Positions 36,504 through 41,882 of a stretch of 41,882 nt of DNA are shown piece by piece. This DNA comes from a virus (Duplodnaviria; Caudoviricetes): IMG/VR virus record IMGVR_UViG_3300021411_000014, positions 1 through 41,882 of that record; one strand, written 5' to 3'. Within the stretch, counting starts at the first letter, position 1. Every line of letters begins with the position of its first letter. The translations under genes and the position numbers were made by a program. Below the pieces are notes generated by a model. It was not told where the DNA came from. It did no database searches and worked only from the letters and a program-made list of their open reading frames with translations.

Positions 36504-36854
36504 ATGAGAATCCTCTCACGCAGACCCGAGATCACGGATCCGAACGCCTCCATCCCCGCGCCCCGGCGCATCCCGACGTGGCCCGGCGAGACCGTCGTCA
36601 ACGAGGACCCGTTCTGCGCCCCCATCGCCGACGAGATCCCTGAGGGACTGCCGACGGAGATCCACGACCTCCTGACCGCCTACCCGGACGCCCCGGCCCC
36701 GGGACCGCGCAGGTTCCTGGCAGCGATGGCCCTGGCCACCGCCGCCCGGCGCTCCGGCTGCCGGATCCTGGCCGCGTCCCACGCCCACGAGTTCGAGGCC
36801 GCCGTCGGGCAGAACCTCGCGCTGTTCGCCGAGGACGCCGAGGTGTCCTTGTGA
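36504..36854 (+). CDS. Hypothetical protein
   Basis: RBS AGGTG; start of a coupled gene chain. Confidence 0.65.
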   Translation: MRILSRRPEITDPNASIPAPRRIPTWPGETVVNEDPFCAPIADEIPEGLPTEIHDLLTAYPDAPAPGPRRFLAAMALATAARRSGCRILAASHAHEFEAAVGQNLALFAEDAEVSL

Positions 36855-37120
36855 GCGCCGCCACCGGCCGGCCCGTGCTGGCCCGGCAGTCCCCGGCGCA
36901 GATCCCCGCCATCACCTCGGCCACGGCCCTCGCCGGCCTGGCCGCCGGCTTCCTCGCCGCCGTCACGTACTCCGGCAGCCACACCCCCGCCGGCGAGCTC
37001 GCCTACTCCATGGCGCTGCGCGACGCCCGGCAGAACCACGACTACGACTACTCCCGCGAGTTCCTGGCCGGCCTGGAGCTGGCCAAGGGCGAGCTCAACC
37101 TGATCGGCGGCACCGCATGA
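36851..37120 (+). CDS. Hypothetical protein
   Basis: GTGA/ATGA coupling; RBS GAGGTG. Confidence 0.68.
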   Translation: MSAATGRPVLARQSPAQIPAITSATALAGLAAGFLAAVTYSGSHTPAGELAYSMALRDARQNHDYDYSREFLAGLELAKGELNLIGGTA

Positions 37121-37518
37121 GCACCCGCGCCTACCCGTTGCCGGCCCCGCCGGCGGCCGTCCTGTCGTCGTTCGGCCTGGCCTACGACGTCGGCCGCGTC
37201 TTCGAACTGTCCGGCCTGCCCCGCCCGACCCCCGCCGACCTGGGCGCCCTGCGCGAGGTCCTGCTGGCGTTCGTGTACGACACCGACCCGGAGTCTCCCG
37301 ACGAGCTGCTCGACGGCCTGGAGAAGGCGCGCGCCGAGGAGGACCGCATCGCCGGCGAACTCGCCGACGTGCGCGGACTGCACAAGGCGCACCCCACACC
37401 CCACCTCGACGGCGCGTTCCGCTGCACCTACTGCGGAGGCCTGTGGCCCTGCCTGACGATCTCCGCCCTCGACTTCGCCACCACCCCGCCCGTCACCACT
37501 ACCGGAGAAGCACCGTGA
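37117..37518 (+). CDS. Hypothetical protein with H...CxxC...WPC zinc motif
   Basis: LH...CTYCGGLWPCLT. Confidence 0.72.
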   Translation: MSTRAYPLPAPPAAVLSSFGLAYDVGRVFELSGLPRPTPADLGALREVLLAFVYDTDPESPDELLDGLEKARAEEDRIAGELADVRGLHKAHPTPHLDGAFRCTYCGGLWPCLTISALDFATTPPVTTTGEAP

Positions 37519-38039
37519 AGATCAGCCGAACCACCATCGCCATCGCCGGCGCGCTCCCCGCCGGCATGCTCCTCGAGGTCATCGCCCAAGCCGCCACGAG
37601 CGTCAGCGCCGACACCGTCCACACCATCGGCGGCATCGCCGCATTCAGCGCGCTGGTCTCCGGTTCCGCCTCGGCGGCCTGGTTCGGACCCAAGGCCGCC
37701 ATCGAGCGGCACGAGGAGACGGTGCGGGCAAGCCGCCACCGGCGCGCGCCGAGCCCGCTGCCCCGCCAGCGGCCGCGCACCGCCCCGCCGGCCGCCACCG
37801 GCGAGACGGACGCCGAGGACACCGCCGCCGCCGAGCACCAGGCGCGCGCCGACGCGCTGTGGGACGAGCGGGCACAGCGGCCGCCCTACGTCGACCCGTA
37901 CCTGACCGCGGCCGCCGTCGACGCCGCCCGGGCCCCGGTGCCCGTCGACGACGACGGCTACCCGGCCCCGGCCACCCCGGCACAGGCCGCCCTCGAGGCC
38001 AACCTGTACGGCCACGCCTGGACGCCGGCAGGGACATGA
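37515..38039 (+). CDS. Membrane protein
   Basis: RBS GGAG; two N-terminal hydrophobic segments; Pro/Ala-rich tail. Confidence 0.68.
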   Translation: MKISRTTIAIAGALPAGMLLEVIAQAATSVSADTVHTIGGIAAFSALVSGSASAAWFGPKAAIERHEETVRASRHRRAPSPLPRQRPRTAPPAATGETDAEDTAAAEHQARADALWDERAQRPPYVDPYLTAAAVDAARAPVPVDDDGYPAPATPAQAALEANLYGHAWTPAGT

Positions 38040-38437
38040 CCGCCGCCAAGCGCCTGCCGCCGCTCGCGCCGGACAGCCAGAACCCGGTGTGCGCGATGTG
38101 CGGCGGAGTGACCGATCTGATCGACCGGTTCCACTGCTTCACCTGTCACGCCTCCTGGGATCCCGGCAACTACTGGAACGTCGACGGCGAGTGGGACGAG
38201 CCCGAGCTTCCCCAGTGCAACGTGAAGGTCATGCCGTGGAAGGGCAGCCTCCGGCTCCCGAGCCTGGCCACCGTCGTCGAGTACTGCCTCCTGACCGAGG
38301 GGCACGACCCGGGCCGGCACCGCATCGGCGACCACGACTGGACCGACCAGGACGCCGACGGCTACCTGCTCACCGACGCCGACCGCCAGGCGCTGCAGGA
38401 CGTCCTCGGCGAGGCGCTCGGCATACCGCCCTCCTGA
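38036..38437 (+). CDS. Cys/His-rich hypothetical protein
   Basis: CAMC...CFTC and C...C.L..GH...H motifs. Confidence 0.72.
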   Translation: MTAAKRLPPLAPDSQNPVCAMCGGVTDLIDRFHCFTCHASWDPGNYWNVDGEWDEPELPQCNVKVMPWKGSLRLPSLATVVEYCLLTEGHDPGRHRIGDHDWTDQDADGYLLTDADRQALQDVLGEALGIPPS

Positions 38438-38440
38438 ACC

Positions 38441-38597
38441 GCCGGGCGGCGTCACTGAGCGCCGTCCGGCCCTGCACCCGCCGATGCCGTCTGGACCTCG
38501 CGGCATCGGCGCGGACCACCGGGAGCCCCCGGCGCTCTGGTCAGCGCCTCCCGGTGAAGGGGCGTCGTAGGGCTGGGACCTCAGCCCTACGACGCCC
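38441..38597 (+). ncRNA. Candidate structured intergenic RNA (four consecutive hairpins)
   Basis: Stems 38441-38470, 38479-38511, 38517-38556 and 38560-38597 nearly fill the gap; strand uncertain. Confidence 0.45.
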
Positions 38598-38633
38598 GCC
38601 CCACACCCTGACCCTGTCCGACGGGAACCCTTC

Positions 38634-38882
38634 GTGAACGCGACACTTCCACCTCGCCACCGCGACCACTGCTATGACGACCCCAAGCCGCCGCTCGGCG
38701 GGGAGCTGGTCCTCACCGGCCCGTCGCACTTCGCCGACGCCCCCCGCACGGACGCCCTGGCGCGTGCCTGCGTCTGGAGGCACGCCGTCGGCGACAGCCC
38801 CGAGGCCGAGCAGGACGACGGCCTGGAGCTCCTGGATGCCCTCGGCCTCCTCGGCGAACCGGCCGCACCGGAGCCCCGATGA
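38634..38882 (+). CDS. Hypothetical protein
   Basis: Coupled (ATGA) to the initiator gene; ELLDALGL motif. Confidence 0.65.
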   Translation: MNATLPPRHRDHCYDDPKPPLGGELVLTGPSHFADAPRTDALARACVWRHAVGDSPEAEQDDGLELLDALGLLGEPAAPEPR

Positions 38883-39841
38883 ACGCCGATGAGGAAGAGG
38901 TCCCGGACCCGATCGACCCGGACCTGCCCGAACACCTGCAGGCGATCCTCCGGTGGCGCTGGCTGGACCTCATCGACCGCATGAAGATCCCGCCCCACCG
39001 CAAGGCCGTCGCCAAGGCACTGGCCCGCTTCGGCGACGCTGATGGGTCCAACGTGTTCCCCGGCGCACAGAAGATCGCCGATATCGCGAACTGCGACGAC
39101 AAGACGGCCCGCGGACACATCAAGGCACTCGTCGCCGCCGGGATGCTGGCCGTCAAGCGGCGTGGCGGCGGCCGCGGCGGCGCGACCCACGTCTACCGGC
39201 TCACCCGGCCGACAGACCTCACCTCGCTGCCCCTGTGGCTGGATCCGGACTTCAACCGGATCCCCGACGGCGCCGCGTTCGTGCCCGTAGCCGCCGAAGA
39301 ACACCGGGCGCCAGCGCCCAGTGAAGCCACCGAATACCGGGCGCCAGCACCCGGCGAATATCCGTTCGATGACACGGAATACCGGGCGTCAGCGCCCAGT
39401 GAAACGCCTGTGGATAACCCGGCCGACCGAGAAACACCGGGCGTTCGGAGCAGAAACACCGGTAATTCGGCGCCGAAACACCGGGCGCCACGCCAGCCGA
39501 CCATCTTCATTACCCCACCAAAGACCAAAGAACCCGCGTGGTTGCTTCAGGTGAGTACCTCACTTGGCGAGTCGATCACCGCCCCGTCCCCGGACGCCTG
39601 GACACCGGAGGCCGCACCGGCGCCGCGGATCGTCCGGGGGACCGCGACGCTCCAGCCGACACCCGAAGCCGCCGCCGCATTCGCGATCTTGACCGCGCTG
39701 CCGAACGACGGCGAGTGGTTCCGCGCCGCCGCCGGCCGCGAGCTCCGCGACGAAGGCCACCCCGAACCGACAGTCCAGGCGCTCGCCATACGAGCCGCCG
39801 AGATCCTCCGCCGCACCGACCCCGAAACGAGATCCGCATGA
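38879..39841 (+). CDS. Replication initiator-like winged-HTH protein
   Basis: KAVAKALARFGDADG..VFPG...IA......KTARGHIKALVAAGML...R....YRL N-terminal wHTH followed by internal DNA repeats. Confidence 0.78.
   Translation: MNADEEEVPDPIDPDLPEHLQAILRWRWLDLIDRMKIPPHRKAVAKALARFGDADGSNVFPGAQKIADIANCDDKTARGHIKALVAAGMLAVKRRGGGRGGATHVYRLTRPTDLTSLPLWLDPDFNRIPDGAAFVPVAAEEHRAPAPSEATEYRAPAPGEYPFDDTEYRASAPSETPVDNPADRETPGVRSRNTGNSAPKHRAPRQPTIFITPPKTKEPAWLLQVSTSLGESITAPSPDAWTPEAAPAPRIVRGTATLQPTPEAAAAFAILTALPNDGEWFRAAAGRELRDEGHPEPTVQALAIRAAEILRRTDPETRSA
39299..39490 (+). repeat. Putative origin of replication: iterons plus DnaA box
   Basis: Six copies of AA(C/T)ACCGG; TGTGGATAA at 39409-39417. Confidence 0.75.
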
Positions 39842-40185
39842 CCGATATCGGACAGCACGCCTGGAACGACGCCTTCCGCAATGCCAGCACCCCCGTCGAC
39901 CGCGTGGCCGTCGTCGTCCAGGCCCTCCTCGACTACGCCGTCGACGGCTCCCACGACCTCCTCGCAGGCCTGTCGATTCCCGGCGGCCTGCAGCTCACCG
40001 TCGGCGACCTCCATGGCGTCTTGGCGACCGCGCAGAACGGGCCGCTGCCGCTGTGGGCGCGTGTTCCAGCCCTGAGTACTGCGGAGATGTGCCGTGAGGC
40101 ATACGCGGCGGTCCTCGCGGCGCGTACCGATCTCCAGGACTGCGAGCGCGCCCACTTCCAGGCCACCAACGGCAGGCCCGCATGA
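39838..40185 (+). CDS. Hypothetical protein
   Basis: ATGA coupling at both ends. Confidence 0.68.
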   Translation: MTDIGQHAWNDAFRNASTPVDRVAVVVQALLDYAVDGSHDLLAGLSIPGGLQLTVGDLHGVLATAQNGPLPLWARVPALSTAEMCREAYAAVLAARTDLQDCERAHFQATNGRPA

Positions 40186-40796
40186 TCCCCAAGCAGCGCA
40201 TGCCCGTCGACGACGACGACGATCCCGCGGCGCGCGCCGCCACCCTCGACCGCGCCATAGCCGGCGACCGCGAAGCCTTCGGCGAGATCTGGCGCACCTA
40301 CAACGACCAGATCTACCGATTCGTCCGCACCCGCACCGGCAACCACGCCACCGCCGAGGAGATCACCTCCGAGACGTTCACCCGCGCACTCCGGAACATC
40401 GGCAGCTTCGTCCGCACCGGAGCCGGCATCGCCCCCTGGCTGATCACCATCGCCCGCAACCTGATCACCGACCTGTACAAGTCCAGCCGCCACCAGCGGG
40501 AAGTCACCATCGGCGGCCTCTTCGAAGCCGACCGCCACTTCCTGGCCGGAACACCCGCGCCCGGAGCCGACGCCGACGTCCTGCTGCAGGTGCTCTCCGA
40601 CGACCTCCGCAAGGCCCTCGGCCGCCTCAACGACCACCAGCGGGAATGCATCATCGCCCGCTACCTGGAAGAGCTCTCCGTCGCCGAGACAGCCACCCGG
40701 ATCGACCGCAAGGAAGGCGCCGTCAAGACCCTCACCGGACGCGCCCTAGCCGCCCTGGCCCGCGACCTGACCCTGATCGGAGCCGTCGCCGCATGA
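40182..40796 (+). CDS. bldN: ECF sigma factor, sigma-BldN/AdsA-like
   Basis: ATAEEITSETFTRALRNIGSF, WLITIARNLITDLYKSSR and LNDHQRECI..RYL..LSVAETA...EGAVKTL match recalled BldN motifs; homolog, not proven ortholog. Confidence 0.82.
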   Translation: MIPKQRMPVDDDDDPAARAATLDRAIAGDREAFGEIWRTYNDQIYRFVRTRTGNHATAEEITSETFTRALRNIGSFVRTGAGIAPWLITIARNLITDLYKSSRHQREVTIGGLFEADRHFLAGTPAPGADADVLLQVLSDDLRKALGRLNDHQRECIIARYLEELSVAETATRIDRKEGAVKTLTGRALAALARDLTLIGAVAA

Positions 40797-41188
40797 CCAC
40801 CTGGACCATCGCCCTGCCACCCGGCTACAGCCCCGACACCCGCCTCACCCTGTTCCGGTGCGGCGCCAACGCCGGCTTGCACCGCATGGTCAGAGCCCGC
40901 ATCACCAAGAAGATCCGCGCCGACACCAAGACCATCGCCGCCGCCACGCCCACGATCACCGTCCCGGTGAGCATCCGCGCCGTCCAGCACCCCGCACCCG
41001 GCACCCGCACCTGCGACTCCGAGAACATCGCCCCCCTCGTCAAAGCCATGATCGACGGACTGCGCGACGCCAAAGTGCTGATCAACGACTCGCCGGCCTA
41101 CGTCACCGAAGTCACCCACGCCGTCGGCGAACGCCGCCCCGGCTCCCAGCTCGTCCTCCACCTCACCGAAACCGTCGACACCGTCTGA
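40793..41188 (+). CDS. rusA: RusA-like Holliday junction resolvase
   Basis: D.EN...VKAMIDGL.DA.V..ND motif. Confidence 0.75.
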   Translation: MTTWTIALPPGYSPDTRLTLFRCGANAGLHRMVRARITKKIRADTKTIAAATPTITVPVSIRAVQHPAPGTRTCDSENIAPLVKAMIDGLRDAKVLINDSPAYVTEVTHAVGERRPGSQLVLHLTETVDTV

Positions 41189-41226
41189 CCCGCAGAACCC
41201 TGCGACAACCAACCGAATGAGGACAC

Positions 41227-41882
41227 ATGTACGACTACATCGACGTCACCAACCAGGCCGAACTCAACGCCGCGATCGCCGCCGGCGACTATCCCCACAT
41301 CACCGATAACGGCCGGTATGAGATTCCCTCGGATATCCACCGCGGCCACATCATCAAAATTTCGGGCTCCTCGACGCCGAGCATCGAGACCTGGGGCTCC
41401 TCGACGCCGCGCATCGAGACCTGGGACTCCTCGACGCCGCGCATCGTGACCAGGGGCTCCTCGACGCCGCGCATCGTGACCTGGGGCTCCTCGACGCCGA
41501 GCATCGAGACCTGGGGCTCCTCGACGCCGCGCATCGTGACCTGGGGCTCCTCGACGCCGCGCATCGAGACCTGGGACTCCTCGACGCCGAGCATCGTGAC
41601 CAGGGACTCCTCGACGCCGAGCATCGTGACCTGGGACTCCTCGACGCCGAGCATCGAGACCTGGGACTCCTCGACGCCGAGCATCGAGACCTGGGGCTCC
41701 TCGACGCCGCGCATCGAGACCTGGGACTCCTCGACGCCGAGCATCGTGACCAGGGGCTCCTCGACGCCGAGCATCGAGACCTGGGGCTCCTCGACGCCGC
41801 GCATCGTGACCAGGGGCTCCTCGACGCCGCGCATCGTGACCTGGGACTCCTCGACGCCGCGCATCGAGACCAGGGACTCCTC
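41227..41882 (+). CDS. N-terminal part of the decapeptide-repeat protein (missing from the ORF track because it runs off the end)
   Basis: RBS GAGGA, ATG 41227, MYDYIDVTNQAELNAAIAAG...; open to the window end. Confidence 0.88.
   Translation, partial: MYDYIDVTNQAELNAAIAAGDYPHITDNGRYEIPSDIHRGHIIKISGSSTPSIETWGSSTPRIETWDSSTPRIVTRGSSTPRIVTWGSSTPSIETWGSSTPRIVTWGSSTPRIETWDSSTPSIVTRDSSTPSIVTWDSSTPSIETWDSSTPSIETWGSSTPRIETWDSSTPSIVTRGSSTPSIETWGSSTPRIVTRGSSTPRIVTWDSSTPRIETRDS
41368..41882 (+). repeat. 30-bp coding tandem repeat, 17 units plus a partial unit (5' part of the array)
   Basis: Same unit as 11-400. Confidence 0.98.

Larger units (their letters stand above)
1..41882. mobile_element. Complete temperate actinobacteriophage (siphovirus) genome, circularly permuted assembly
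   Basis: Terminase, portal, protease, HK97-type capsid, tail, tape measure, endolysin, tyrosine recombinase and repressor are all present; no host housekeeping flank; ends overlap by 126 bp. Confidence 0.93.

Noticed and set aside
41289-41864. Minus-strand 191-aa repeat ORF (MRGVEESQVT...)
   Set aside because: Antisense shadow of the plus-strand repeat gene, which has an RBS, operon context and unique flanking domains
41368-41882. CRISPR array
   Set aside because: Units are contiguous with no unique spacers, they are in-frame coding, and no cas genes are present
1-41882. Diversity-generating retroelement
   Set aside because: No reverse transcriptase ORF and no separate template/variable repeat pair; the variable sites are biallelic rather than A-to-N

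Overview
The window is an apparently complete, circularly closed temperate siphovirus genome of a high-GC actinobacterium. The host is probably a filamentous, sporulating one, because the phage carries a sigma-BldN-like ECF sigma factor and Streptomyces plasmid/ICE-type GntR and Spd-like genes. Bases 10-135 are an exact copy of 41757-41882, so the unit genome is about 41,747 bp and the contig opens inside a tandem-repeat gene. Layout: early/middle genes (35756 through the end, then 1-8657); an HK97-like packaging, head and non-contractile tail operon (8756-29025); a GH25 lysis cassette; a lipoprotein/GntR accessory block; a tyrosine recombinase; a repressor/Cro switch; and an iteron-containing initiator gene with a perfect DnaA box. 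The most unusual feature is a ~495-aa protein built on 26 perfect 30-bp units that vary only at four strictly two-state, all non-synonymous positions (S-S-T-P-[R/S]-I-[V/E]-T-[W/R]-[G/D]), shuffled into 11 of 16 possible combinations. Also notable are a transcription-takeover set (BldN-like sigma, a second sigma-like protein and an RNAP alpha-CTD-like domain), an RNase AS-like nuclease with a CCHC knuckle, a 22 x 20-aa His-ladder neck fibre, and a four-hairpin intergenic RNA candidate. All family calls come from motif recognition by eye; no database searches were run.
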